Shown here piece after piece: positions 21,601 to 34,059 of a stretch of DNA of 64,000 bases. A program made the translations under genes and the position numbers. The notes under the pieces are model-generated. The model saw only the letters and a list, made by a program, of their open reading frames with translations. It did no database searches and was not told the DNA's origin. This DNA comes from Chloropicon primus. Taxonomy: Eukaryota. Each line of letters starts with the position of its first letter. The stretch's first letter is position 1. The stretch is taken from positions 434,001 to 498,000 of the forward strand of contig CP060758.1 of NCBI GenBank assembly GCA_023205875.1. The letters are read 5' to 3'.

Positions 21601-22775
21601 AGGGCCTCACGGTCATCAGGGCGTTCGGGTTGGAGTCCAACTTTGACAGGAAGAACATGGTGCTGTTGACGAAATCCAACAGGGCCTATTGGCCACTCGT
21701 CAGCTCCAACAGGTGGCTGTCGATCCGGCTGGAATACCTGGGCTCGAGTATCACCTTCACCACCGCCCTGGTGTCGGCGATTTACTCCTCCCACTCTGCG
21801 GGGATGTCGGGGCTCGCCATCACGTCCGCGATGAACATGACCGGCCTCATGACGTGGATGGTGAGGCAGATGACGGAGCTCGAGGTCAACATGAACAGCA
21901 TCGAGAGGATTACGGAGTACGACGGCCACGAATCGGAGGGGGAGGCCAACATGCACCTGACGCGGGCTGTGCCCAAGATGTGGCCCTCCAAGGGGAGGGT
22001 GGTCTTCGACAAGGTCTTCGTGAAGTACAGGCCCGACCTCCCGCATGTTCTCAAGAGCTTGAGCTTCACCGTGAATGGCGGGGAGAAGATCGGCGTCTGC
22101 GGGAGGACTGGCTGCGGAAAGTCCACGATGATGATGACGCTGTACAGGATGGTGGAGCTGGACAAGGGGAAGATCACGATCGACGACGTTGACATCGCCA
22201 CGGCCGCCCTCCCTGACCTCAGGAGCAAGCTCTCCCTCGTGCCTCAGGACCCTGTCATCTTCTCCGGAACCGTGAGGAGCAACTTGGACCCCTTCAACGA
22301 GACTGAAGGAGACTCTGAGATCTGGAACGCCCTCAAGCTGTCTGGGTTGAAGTCCACGATCAAGGAGCTTCCCGACAAGAAGGGCTTGGACTCCAGCATC
22401 GACGAGGGCGGGGGGAACTTGTCCGTGGGCCAGAAGCAGCTCCTTTGCATGGCCAGAGCCCTGATAAGGAAGTCGAAGATTCTCATTCTGGACGAGGCAA
22501 CGAGCAACGTCGATGGGGAGACGGATGCTCTCATTCAGAACACCATCAGGACGGCCTTCAAGGACTGCACGGTGCTGACCATCGCCCACAGGCTGAACAC
22601 CATCATCGATTCGGACAAGATTCTGCTCCTGCAGGACGGGCAGGTCGCCGAGTTTGACGCGCCCCAGACCCTCCTGAACAGGCCAGACTCCATGTTCGCG
22701 CAGATGGTCGAGAAGGCGAGGGAGAATGCGAGCGCCTTGAAAAAGTCAAAGTCGAGCGGATCGATAGCGGAATGA
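18672..22775 (+). CDS. ABC transporter, subfamily C (MRP-like)
   Basis: TMD-NBD-TMD-NBD layout. Walker A GQVGSGKS and GRTGCGKS; signatures ISGGQK and LSVGQKQ; LLDDPLSAVD and ILDEATS. Confidence 0.95.
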   Translation: MNGGGGGHHDDSRSNPSVLRRARRALARFTGLGSPSYDELDEEVEFTKLSNDDGEDANDDDAESEAEDEMLYRSSSPSSSSSRRLSPEDEASTLSSLFFTYVTPLIQKGSKKALDTQDLWRTAEADRVGNLADGYRAAQDFLRDSNKKYTCFRILVKLHWRRFARAGCIKVVHDGVELCGPLLLQRLLKAIADGAPASESGGIAVVMGTLACTQTLLINQYFHILFRISVHTKVQLISAIYRKALTVSSSGYAKVGTGKVNNLQSNDAAKLWNMPQYLHQLWNAPLKLVAIMAMLSSIIHVVPAFVGLCVTIVMIPMGSFVAKRLARMRRELLKKTDARVKYVTEFVTGIKAMKLYAWEKAYMRKITQLREEELRMVRRIAYLNICNMMLFFASPILVALAGFWTYALMGYTLTASVAFPALSLFNILRFPVLMLPMQIMNLINAKVSFKRVQDFFDQEDRELLPPAAKADAQGDAQNEEAVTIRNGDFAWAKDSALVLKNVNLSVKRGELVMVVGQVGSGKSSLLSAMLGEMVCKNGGCTVAGTCAFTSQEPWIQNASLRDNILASASNKGNYDKAKYEGVLDACALRADLEILPGGDLAEIGEKGINISGGQKHRIALARSVYADADIYLLDDPLSAVDAHVSRHIFEECVKGTLASKTRILVTHQVQFAAEVDRILVFKDGCLEHSGTYEELSQAGVAFSQFQGDQEEDGEEGEGNQAGEAQDPGSKSKGSAQAVNGKAAPPGKPGAQGAMMKKSPSTGALVKAEERSKGRVKKAVYVKYIRSCGPYLILPIIFICCAFTERGLQVGQNFVLADWSNEEDDSWRSVKYYLMFYSLLAASSIGFLGLRSFTMANGSFSASKAMHSGLLTKVGSLPMSFFDSQPSGRLINRFTRDTESLDSTISQSLNSATVCAVSTFFSVFVVCWVTPLVILMIVPVSLLYLRVQLFYIGASRELKRLDSLAMSPIFSNFVETLQGLTVIRAFGLESNFDRKNMVLLTKSNRAYWPLVSSNRWLSIRLEYLGSSITFTTALVSAIYSSHSAGMSGLAITSAMNMTGLMTWMVRQMTELEVNMNSIERITEYDGHESEGEANMHLTRAVPKMWPSKGRVVFDKVFVKYRPDLPHVLKSLSFTVNGGEKIGVCGRTGCGKSTMMMTLYRMVELDKGKITIDDVDIATAALPDLRSKLSLVPQDPVIFSGTVRSNLDPFNETEGDSEIWNALKLSGLKSTIKELPDKKGLDSSIDEGGGNLSVGQKQLLCMARALIRKSKILILDEATSNVDGETDALIQNTIRTAFKDCTVLTIAHRLNTIIDSDKILLLQDGQVAEFDAPQTLLNRPDSMFAQMVEKARENASALKKSKSSGSIAE

Positions 22776-22859
22776 AATAAAAACACGTAACGTATGAATT
22801 AACCAAGTAACTAGTACTACATTGAACAAGAAGAAAAATCTTGTGCACCTCCACCTCCA

Positions 22860-23927
22860 TTACCCCGTCACCTTGGATTGGAAGGACTCCTTGTCCGGCA
22901 GGCTCAGCAGCTCCTTCCAGTCGGGCTGCCCCGGGCCCATCGACCTCACCGTGCCGTCCAGTTGCACCTGCACGTACGCCGACTCCGAGTACTGCAGGGC
23001 CTGGGAGGCCTCCTTCTGGACCTCGAGCCACCTGAACCACTCCGGAGTGCCCCTTGGCTGGACGACCCAGCGCTGCTCCTCTTCGATCCCGTCGGGGGAC
23101 AACTTGCTCCCAGCAGCATCAAAGCCCTTTGATTCCCCGAGGCCTTCCGTTCTCTTGAAGCTCAGGCCCTTGCTATCCTGCAGCGGAATGAGGAGAATCC
23201 CCTTGGACTTGAGGTCCTTCTTGAGAGAGCTCGCGGACTTGATGCATTTCTTCAGGAAGGCTTCGTCGCCCTGCAGGATCACTGGCCTGTACTGCGCCCT
23301 CAGCCTCGACATGGGTACCACGCGGTTCGCTCCGAGGTCCACCTGTAGCCTGCCAAGAGTCTCCTCCACTTCAACTTCCTTGAGCTTCTCCTTTCCCGAT
23401 TTCAGGTCTTTGACAAAGAAGTAGGTCAGCACGGCAACCGCGGTGCCGTTGATGGCGAGGTTCTTCAGCGTCTCCTCGAGTTCCGGCGCCCCCGGCCCGC
23501 CTTTGATGGCGCTCGCCAGTCTCGACAGGATGATGAGGAGGCCCAGGCCCGCCCCGGCGTCCAGGCCACCGAGGGCGAAGAGCCGAAAGGTCCGGAACGG
23601 CGTCTTCGCCTCCACCCTCAGCTTGGCGTACTGCTCGTCCGACCTGATCCCCCCCTTGAGCCCGTTGGCGACGTCGTCGAACTCCACGCTCATCCGGTAC
23701 GCCTCCAGGTCCTCGTCCTTCATCACCACCGAGTACTTCACCCCGTAATCGTTCACCGCCCTCGTCAGGGGATCTCCCGCCTTGTCGAATTGCCGCAGCC
23801 TGGAGTACGCGCAAGCAAGGTTGTAGTTTGCCGCCCCGGCCTCCTCGTCCGTCAGTCTGCCCCCGAGCTCCGTCACGAGGGGCTCGAGAATCTCCACGGC
23901 CTCGTCCGCCTTGATTGAGATGAATCC

Positions 23928-23964
<37 letters not shown>

Positions 23965-24243
23965 AAAGTCAGTGACCTCGGCGGTCTCGACTGAGCAAGA
24001 GGAAGCCCGACCTACCTTTCCTCCCTGGACGAGCTCCGTGCCCAGGAGGACTCGCTCCCTTGGAGCCATACGGTCCACATCCGTCAAGGCTTCCCCACCT
24101 TTCCTACCCCTCACTCCAACCCTCTCCCACCTCCTGCACGAGTAAACCTCTCTCCTCCGTCCGGCGCAAACGCCAACGCCAGCGCCAACGCGCACGCCCC
24201 TCCCTCCACCTCTTCCCGTCATCCTCCTCCTCCCCATCGCCAT
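22860..24243 (-). CDS. LPA1: LOW PSII ACCUMULATION 1-like protein (TPR + DUF3493); intron 23910-24015
   Basis: YNLACAYSRL TPR segment, AKLRVEAKTPFRTFRLF, YVQVQLDGTVRSMGPGQPDW. A phase-0 intron joins a transit-peptide exon. Confidence 0.82.
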
Positions 24244-24825
24244 CGTGTCCTCTGTCACCTCCTTTCGTGCCCTCAAATCCTCACCAGAGCGTCGTTCGCT
24301 TCGACCGAGGACTCTTTGGAAAGATCAAGAGATCCTTTTTCCCTCTATTCTTCCCTTGTCCTCCCCCTCGCCCCCCTTCTCTCCCTCCTTCTCTCTCTCT
24401 CTCCCCAGACCCTCGGCTTCAACGTCGACCACAAACTCCAAAATCTTATCGAGTTTTATCGAGTTCTTCTTGGACAGCTTGACGAGCGCGAGCAAGTCGA
24501 GGCATCGATGGAGAGGTTTAGGAGTCGCCTATCGCTTCGATATTGAATCCACCAAGGGGAAGGGGAAGAGCCTCGTCTCGTTGTTCAATCCTCTTCCTCT
24601 TCCTCTTCCTCCTCATCCTCCTCATCCTCATCCTCATCTTCAACAACAACCCTGAAGCTGCTTGCTGCTTCGGGATTGAGTTTGGTTGTCGTTGAGAACG
24701 TGGTGGGACGGCTCCCTCCCGAAGCAGGAGGAGGCATTGCCATTGTCACACCCACCAAACACTATCATGTTATCAATATCTATATCTATATAGATATATT
24801 GATTGATAAGGTCCATAGTTGTTTG

Positions 24826-25362
24826 ATGGGAGGGGAGAGGGGCAAGAAGGTGGTTGTGCTGGTGGGGCCGGCCGCTTCGGGCAAGAGCACCTTCGCTCTC
24901 GAGCTCGTGGAGAGGACGAAGACCGACGAGGGGGATCGGTGGGTTCGCGTCTGCCAGGACGTCATCTCGAACGGCAAGCGTGGGAGCAGGAAGCAGTGTG
25001 TCCGAGCGTTACAGGCTGGACTGACGCAGGGCCTGAGCGTCGTGGTTGACAGGTGTCACGTGGACCCCGGGCAGAGGGCCGACTTCGTGAAAGCGGCGAG
25101 GGACTCGGGCGCGGGGGAGGTCATCGCCGTGGTGTTCCAGGTTTCGTCGGACGAGCTCAAGCAGCGGATGCTGGGCAGACTAAACCACGAGGGCGGACTC
25201 AATGGGAAGCGAGGCGTCGCTGTCTGCCAAAGAATGCTCAAGATGATGAAGCCGCCGACTGAGAGCGAGGGCTTCACGAAGATACTGTACATAAGTAACG
25301 AAAAGGACAGGAGGGACGTGATTTGCGACCACCTTTGCGCCGACCGCGCCGCCGTGGACTAG
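24826..25362 (+). CDS. Stand-alone AAA_33 / polynucleotide-kinase-like P-loop protein
   Basis: VVLVGPAASGKST, WVRVCQD, VVVDRCH, RLNHEGGL, SEGFTKI; resembles the N-terminal domain of plant aprataxin-like bHLH140. Confidence 0.75.
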   Translation: MGGERGKKVVVLVGPAASGKSTFALELVERTKTDEGDRWVRVCQDVISNGKRGSRKQCVRALQAGLTQGLSVVVDRCHVDPGQRADFVKAARDSGAGEVIAVVFQVSSDELKQRMLGRLNHEGGLNGKRGVAVCQRMLKMMKPPTESEGFTKILYISNEKDRRDVICDHLCADRAAVD

Positions 25363-25422
25363 GGTGAGCAAAGCTGTACTATTACTACTGCATTGTTTTT
25401 TTTTTGTGTGTGTGTGCTCGGA

Positions 25423-26076
25423 TCAGACCTCGATGAGCTTTTGGGTCGCGTCCTGAAAGTCTCCGATGGCCCTGAATATGCTCTCCTGGGTCGTGGCCAG
25501 CTCCGCCTTCTTCGCCTCCCCGTCCCCTCCCTCCTCCTGCTTCAGATTCACTCCCGTCTTCATCAAGCCATCCATCTTTTCCAGCGGCTTGAACACGTCC
25601 TGCAAGGTCACCTCCTCGAGCGACTTCAAGCTTCTGTACGTGACGATCGCCCGGACCGAATTCCGAAACGTCTTGAACGTTCCCTCGCGCAAAAGCGCTT
25701 GTCCCTTCTCGTAGTCGTCGGCCTTGACAAGCTCGCTCAGGACCGAACCCACTTCAGTCTTCGCCTCCAGGATGTCGGCCTTATACGCTTCAATGCTCGT
25801 CGTGTCCTTCCTCCTAATGTACCTGGCGAGTCCCCTCTCCTTCTTCGAGCCCGCCAACGCATCGCCTGCACTGCCCAGCAGGAGCTGAGTGGCAGAACCC
25901 AGGAGAACCAAGTCCCTCCTTCGACTACTCCCGCCAACCTTGTCCGAGCCCTGAGGCGTAACCGAGGACGAGGAGGACGGGAAACCCTCCCGCTTCGACA
26001 ACCTCAAGCACTGACCCGGCGATGATGTCGCCGCACACATCAACCGTGCACCTCTCCCCACCGCCACCAGCCTCAT
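25423..26076 (-). CDS. Thylakoid lumenal 16.5 kDa protein-like (TL16.5/MPH2)
   Basis: Bipartite targeting with twin-Arg SRRRDLVLL..ALA; GLARYIRRK..IEAY and LREG..FRNSVRAIVTY. Confidence 0.65.
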   Translation of the reverse strand: MRLVAVGRGARLMCAATSSPGQCLRLSKREGFPSSSSSVTPQGSDKVGGSSRRRDLVLLGSATQLLLGSAGDALAGSKKERGLARYIRRKDTTSIEAYKADILEAKTEVGSVLSELVKADDYEKGQALLREGTFKTFRNSVRAIVTYRSLKSLEEVTLQDVFKPLEKMDGLMKTGVNLKQEEGGDGEAKKAELATTQESIFRAIGDFQDATQKLIEV

Positions 26077-26246
26077 TCCTATTCAAACACAATCACTCCC
26101 TCGCTCTCGCTCACTCTCCATCCATCCATCCATCCGTCAAGTTGTCCCGTCCAAAGGCAACGCAAAGCACCGATGTGGATGGGATGGAGATGCCCTCAAG
26201 GCCTCGCGGAGCCAAATGACGTCCCCCCCCGTCCCTTGCCGGACCA

Positions 26247-27428
26247 ATGCCTCTCTCCCTTCCCTTTCCCTTTCTCTCCTGTGAACGCCAAGGAGGGCCT
26301 CTAGTTATGGATAAGGCTATCTCCTCCTCGAGAGGATACAGGGTTGGGTTGTTGATGGAGCGGACCAGAGGACGGGTGGGGACGAGCGGGAGGGGTGGAG
26401 GGGGAGCATCGTGCGCGCCTCGTCCTCTCGCGACTCATTGCCGCTCTTGTCCCCCGTGGTCTCCTTCGTCTTGTTCTTCTTCTTCTGGGGGATGGGGTGG
26501 GGTTGGGGGATGGCCCACCGCGAGGATGGGCAAAGGGGAGGGAGGGAGGGGGCGAGTCTTCAGCCATAGCGAGTGCACGGTGTCTTCCGAATGGTCGGAA
26601 CACTTCCGGGGGCTCGAGGGGGACTTGAACCCGGTGGTGGCTCTCGGGAAGTTCAATGCTTTGCACTTGGGGCACAGGGAGCTCATCTTCCAAGCCTCGC
26701 GGTTGGGGAGGCCCTACCTCCTGTCGTTCTCGGGCATGTCGAAGATTCTCAAGCGGATCAATCGGCCTCCGCTTACCGCGACGGTGGACCGCTCCAGGGT
26801 CCTCGAGGCGTGGGCCCAGGCCATGGGCAGCGGACTGGAGCCCAAGGAGGTCGTCATTCCCTTTCATAAGGTGAGGCACCTGGGGCCGGAGGACTTTGTC
26901 AAGGTCCTGGTGCACGAGATGGGCGCCAGCGGGATCGTGTGCGGCGAGAATTACAGGTTCGGGTACCAGGCGGCCGGCGACGCCAACCTTCTCAGGGAGC
27001 TCGGCAGCAAGTACGACGTGCCCGTCGAGGTCGTCGAGCTTGTCGAGGTGGAAGGCCGGGACGGGGAGGAGAAGTCCATAAGCTCGTCCCAAATCGCCAG
27101 GTTCATGGCGGAGGGCCGGATGAGCCTTGTGTCTGAGATGCTCGGGAGGCACTACCGGTTGGTCGCGGGCTGCGGGGAGGGGGAGGGCACGACCTCGAAC
27201 AGCGACGCGGTGGTCAGGCTCCCTCTCGAATGCTTCAGGAACATGGTTCCCGGCCCGGGAACCTACCCTGTATCGATGACGACGTCGAGTGACGAGACGA
27301 CGACGAGGGGCGGCGAGGGCCAAGCCTGCCCCGGCACCGCAAGGGTGGGGGAGGCGGACCTCGTCCTGGAGTGCGACCGGAGGCTCGTCTTGGACCGCGA
27401 GGCTTTGCTCTGCATCGACTTTGTCTGA
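26247..27428 (+). CDS. Plastid FAD synthetase (RibF-like); start may be 26307
   Basis: VVALGKFNALHLGH, IVCGENYRFG, ISSSQIA, MLGRHY. Confidence 0.88.
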   Translation: MPLSLPFPFLSCERQGGPLVMDKAISSSRGYRVGLLMERTRGRVGTSGRGGGGASCAPRPLATHCRSCPPWSPSSCSSSSGGWGGVGGWPTARMGKGEGGRGRVFSHSECTVSSEWSEHFRGLEGDLNPVVALGKFNALHLGHRELIFQASRLGRPYLLSFSGMSKILKRINRPPLTATVDRSRVLEAWAQAMGSGLEPKEVVIPFHKVRHLGPEDFVKVLVHEMGASGIVCGENYRFGYQAAGDANLLRELGSKYDVPVEVVELVEVEGRDGEEKSISSSQIARFMAEGRMSLVSEMLGRHYRLVAGCGEGEGTTSNSDAVVRLPLECFRNMVPGPGTYPVSMTTSSDETTTRGGEGQACPGTARVGEADLVLECDRRLVLDREALLCIDFV

Positions 27429-27811
27429 TCTGAGCTACCGAACCCACGACAACGACGCAGCAGCCAGCCAGCAATAACTTGTCTTGCAAGGAATTCGTGT
27501 ACACTACCACGCACCCTGATTCGCTCTGCCATCCTTTCTGCGGCCAGTGGATGGGACCCCCTCTCCATCCATCCATCCATCCATCTATCCAAGGTTGTCC
27601 TCTATCTGCCATGAAAGACGCCTTGCAACCAAGACACACACAGAGAGACAGAGAGAGGGGGGAGGGGAGGGGAGACGCTTCGTGACAAGCGAGAGGAGTG
27701 GGATCCAATCCCACAATCCAATCCCAATCCCTGCCCTGCAACATCCCCTGCCTGCAACAATCTCAATCTCTCCCTCAATCGACACGACACCGTGCGGCTC
27801 AAGAGATTGAG

Positions 27812-28778
27812 ATGATGATCTTGGCGGAGATCCTGCGCCTGAACTCAGCGTCGCGCGCGAGAGCGTACGCAGGAGAGGTTCTGGTGCTGAGGCAAGTTCC
27901 CTCGGCGCTGGCGCTGTGCGCGAGGTTCTCCCTCCTCTTGCGCGGCGCAGGGTCGACGTTCGACGTGGACGCGAGCGAGACGCCCTTCGAGCAAAGGGAG
28001 GACCTCTGCCAGACCTTTGAGTTGGACGAGGAGGTGGGGGTGTTGTTCCGGGAGGTGTTCCGGGAGGCCGGCGTGGAAGGCGGAGGGACGTATTGGGACA
28101 GGCCGAGGTTGAGGATACAGCAGTCGGGTTGTGGTGTCGATGACGTCGCCAACAGCAAGCTCTTCGGCCATGGGAAGTTCTCGTCCACCCTGCCGCCTCA
28201 CAGGTGAGTACTCTGGGGAAGCGAGCGAGGAAGAATTCTCTCCACTGAACCGAATTGCTTGATGCTTCATGATGGTTTTTCTCAGGGACACTTGGGCTTC
28301 CAACATCATGCAGCAGCTGAACTGGTGGATGCCGCTGGAGGAGATCGATGAGGGAAGGACGATGTGCTTCTATCCGGAGCTCTTCGACCGGGCGGTGCCC
28401 AACACCTCGACTGGGTGGGACTTGGACGAGCTTAGGGCCAGGAGGAAGCGGGGGCTTCCCTACCCTCAGCTGCCGGAGCTGGACCACGAGGGGGTGGCTA
28501 AGGACCCCCTGGTGTCAGAATTAATGAGACCCAAGTACGTCAGGCCCCTGGTTGGTGTGCGGCCCGGGGACGTTGTTGTCTTCAGCGGGGCTCACTTGCA
28601 CTCCTCGGTGGTAAACACCACCGGCCTCACCCGTTACAGCTGCGAGATCAGGAGCGTGGACGCGAGGGACCTGAGAAAGGGGATCGGGGCTCCGAACGTG
28701 GACGGGGAGGCAGCGCGCGTGCCCCTGCATTGGTTCAGGAACGTGGACAACCAAAAGTTGAAGTTGACCGCCGCGTAA
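27812..28778 (+). CDS. Fe(II)/2-oxoglutarate dioxygenase-like protein; intron 28204-28285; start uncertain
   Basis: Splicing restores PPHR|DTW (HxD); QLNWWMPL, GDVVVFSGAHLHSS, RYSCEIR. Confidence 0.7.
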
Positions 28779-28832
28779 ACAGCGATTGTAATTTGTGTGT
28801 GACGCTAATGTATTTGTATCCGTTTTCAGATC

Positions 28833-29686
28833 CTAGCCCTCGGTCTCCTCCCCTTCGTTGTAGATCGCGGGCGTCTTGCCCTTCCACTCGTCCCAGAGCT
28901 TGTCGTTGGTGGCCAGCGAAGCCATGAAGTGGGCCACTTGGTACCTGCTCGTCTTGGCGGACCCGAGGACGGGCCCGCCATGCTTTTCGGCCGGCGAGGG
29001 GCTCACCCCGTAGTTGCTGTGCTCCTCCCCGTCCAGCAGATCGCCCGGGCGCACACAGACCCACTCGATCTCGGGGTGCTCCTTCGCGACCTCCATCGTC
29101 AGGTACCTGAAGAGGCGGCAGAGAAGGAAGGTCAGAAAAAGTCAGTCAGTCACAGACATCAGCGGTTTACGGCGAGTACTGAAGCAGGCGCTACTCACTC
29201 CGAGGCTTCCACGTTGTCCGCGTGGGGCGGCAAGGCAAAGTACAAGAGCCCCAACAGCATCCTCTCGTGCCAAGGGTAATTCTCGACCAGGAGCTTGTTT
29301 CTCACCCCATTGCTGTTCATCAGAATGATCTTTTTCTTCTTGCCCCTCGCACCCGAGCTGCCGAGGGCCTTGGCAACTCTCTTGACGGTGTCCCTCACGA
29401 GCCTTCGGGGGGCACCAAACACCCCCGCCATCGTGAGCGTGTGCCCCAAGCAAATCAGGACGGCGTCGCAATCCTTGACGAGGCCCTCCACCTCCCCTTC
29501 GCTCTCCATCCCCAGCACCGTGCCTTCCACTTGGTCGACCAGAACCACATCCTCCTTCAAGCACTCGGTCAGGCAATTCTCCCTCGAGCGGACCACCGCA
29601 GTGACCCGATGCTTCCCCCTCGCCAACTCCCTCGTCACCAACCTCCCCGTCTTCCCCGTCGCGCCAAGCACCACGAACTTCCTCAT
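28833..29686 (-). CDS. NAD(P)-binding Rossmann protein (flavin reductase/BLVRB-like); intron 29107-29198
   Basis: VVLGATGKTG, CDAVLICLG, IEWVCVRPGDL; the intron joins the two ORFs in frame. Confidence 0.85.
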
Positions 29687-30318
29687 ATCGCGACGATGGC
29701 GACGATCGCAACCTCACGAGACGTCCTCCCGCTTCCCGTGCCGACGCTCTTCTCTTCTCTTCTCTTCTCTCTCTCTCACCGGAGGAGGAGGAGGACTTGA
29801 GCTTGAGCTTGAGATTGGAGGCGAAGGCGAGTCCCGCACAACAGAGGGAAGGGCAAGAAGAATCGTGGCCCGCGATGCAAGACTCGAACCAGATGGCTTG
29901 ACTTGCTTCCGGGACAACCTAGCGCCTTGGAGATCGACAACACACGTTGCTCCCTCGATTGTCTGCTTCCGTGATTCTCTTGTTCGTCTCGGCTCGGCCC
30001 TCTGTGCGTTACGTTACACTCTCGCTCGAATCGTAACCGCCACGCCCCACAAACCAAACCAAGGGCTCCTAGGGCTTGGCTAGCGAGGCCAGGCGTCGCG
30101 TGTGTTTTTTGTTTTGTGTTGGTGTCCGACGGTTGGGAGGGAGAAAGGGGAAGGGGGGACGGCATCGTTGCGCTCGTTGAGTCGCGCTCTCGCCGCTTGC
30201 GTGGGTTTCGCTCGCTTGTTGGGTGGAAAGGAGGGAGGTCTCGTGTAACGCGTGAAGGGGGGTAGCCGCCTCGAAAAGCGGGAACGGAGGGAGGAGTTGC
30301 ACGGAGAGACCCTGCGCC

Positions 30319-32323
<2,005 letters not shown>

Positions 32324-32441
32324 CATGTATACTTTTTTAATTCTTATGGACGAGTGACGATCAAACGAGAGGAGTTGCACTACATGTGAAACATAAAATC
32401 GGGAAATAAGCGAATTAATATACAAACAATCAAGAATGCCC

Positions 32442-33779
32442 TTATAAGGAGTTTCCCGCGAAGAGGAATCTGTTCCACATCTCGCTGATCGCGTGCATTG
32501 CTTCAATGTACACGAGCTTTTCGCCCCTCCTGTACAGGATAGCATACGCCGCCCTCCTTTCCAGGCCCCCCGGCTTCAGCAAGAGTTCGTCATCCTCCTT
32601 GACGCTCGTCGGGAAAGCCTGGAGGGACTTCTGGCACGTCAGCATCACCTCTCTGAACACTTGGAGCTCGTTCTGCAGATTGAGGGGCTTGCCGCTTTCC
32701 AGGGCCCTGAAGTTGTCAAACTCACTCGGCTTCATCATGTGCACGCGGAGGGACGCGAAGAGGTCCTGGGGAATCTTTCCCTGTCTCTTGAGGATGAAGG
32801 TCTCCCTCTGCGCAACGTCGAGGTATTGAAGAATTCTCCTTTTCGTCTCCACAAATGGGTCGCTGGGGTCGCTACTCACGTGCAGCTCCACAAAGTCCTC
32901 TGGGTTGTTGACGAGGGAGAAGCCTTGGGTGAGCATGTAGCCGAAGTTCGGCTCGTTCCCCAGAAAGAGGTAAACTTGCTCCCCCTCCTCAAGGTCCTGG
33001 TCGGACACCACGGAGACAACCCCTTTGGTGTTGTCAATCTCCAGTCTCGATCCCGGCTGACCCGAGTTGAAGAGGTCGACTCCTGGGATCAGCAGGGGAA
33101 GGTTGACCCCCTCGTCCGTCTGCACGATGAAGGCTCTGGACAGGATGCAGCACGACGCCCACAGGAACCCTTGGATGTCGACGCCGAAGTCCTTGACGAG
33201 CTCCGCGTGCTGCAAGCTCTGCAAGGTGGGGAGGACGATTTGCGCAAACTCCGCCTGCAGAGCTTGCTTCTGCTGGATGACCTTGGGAAGGAGTTGCGTT
33301 CCGTTCAGCTCCCCGAGCTCCGCCATCGACCAAACCAGTGGCAAGTCGAATGTCTTGGGCAGGGACTCGATGTACGGCTGGAACGCAGACTCCTCGCCCA
33401 GAGCTCGCTCGTGCAGCAGGTGCAAGGCCAGCACAGAGTTCGAGCTGCAGTTGTTTCTCACGAGGTCCTCCACCACGGGCCTGAGCCTTCCCTCCGAGGC
33501 AGTCTTCAGGGATATCAGGGCGCTCGCCGGAACCTCCATGATCGTCTCGTTCGCCGGTATCCTCTCCTCCGCTTTCAGACCGAAACCCATCCCAGGGAAA
33601 ACGTCTTGAACCACCTTTGTGCTTATCTTCGACGGCGTCTCCCGATTCGTCAACCACTTGGCCAGGTTGGCCGTGAGTCCACCGCTGTGGGCGTTATCCG
33701 CCGCCGCGGCTGCAGTGGCCTCCCTCACCACCACCGCCACAACCAACCACACCACAACCTTACTGAGCCCCTTCCTCAT
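32442..33779 (-). CDS. SET-domain protein of the Rubisco LSMT/SETD3 type with a hydrophobic N-terminus
   Basis: GMGFGLKA, PYIESLP, FLWASCCILSRAF, LIPGVDLFN, plus a C-terminal LSMT substrate-binding-like domain. Confidence 0.82.
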   Translation of the reverse strand: MRKGLSKVVVWLVVAVVVREATAAAAADNAHSGGLTANLAKWLTNRETPSKISTKVVQDVFPGMGFGLKAEERIPANETIMEVPASALISLKTASEGRLRPVVEDLVRNNCSSNSVLALHLLHERALGEESAFQPYIESLPKTFDLPLVWSMAELGELNGTQLLPKVIQQKQALQAEFAQIVLPTLQSLQHAELVKDFGVDIQGFLWASCCILSRAFIVQTDEGVNLPLLIPGVDLFNSGQPGSRLEIDNTKGVVSVVSDQDLEEGEQVYLFLGNEPNFGYMLTQGFSLVNNPEDFVELHVSSDPSDPFVETKRRILQYLDVAQRETFILKRQGKIPQDLFASLRVHMMKPSEFDNFRALESGKPLNLQNELQVFREVMLTCQKSLQAFPTSVKEDDELLLKPGGLERRAAYAILYRRGEKLVYIEAMHAISEMWNRFLFAGNSL

Positions 33780-34059
33780 GCCTGACAAAAACCGGGATGA
33801 AACCCCTCACCAAATCCAGAGTTCCTGGTCAAATGCTTCGAACGAGGTACGAGTGGAATGCTGGTGAGAAGCCCTTCGAAAACGTTTGGTCCTCTCCTCG
33901 AGCTTGCACGCACCAATCCGTAATAGCCCGCGATTCTGTCCAGCAATCAATCCACCAGGCGATGCTTCCCCTGTCCATGGGATCAATAAATTCTAGCAGA
34001 TGGATCGAGGAAAAGTCCAAAAGCGGACGTTCTCGATGTAATACAACTTTATAGAGCCC

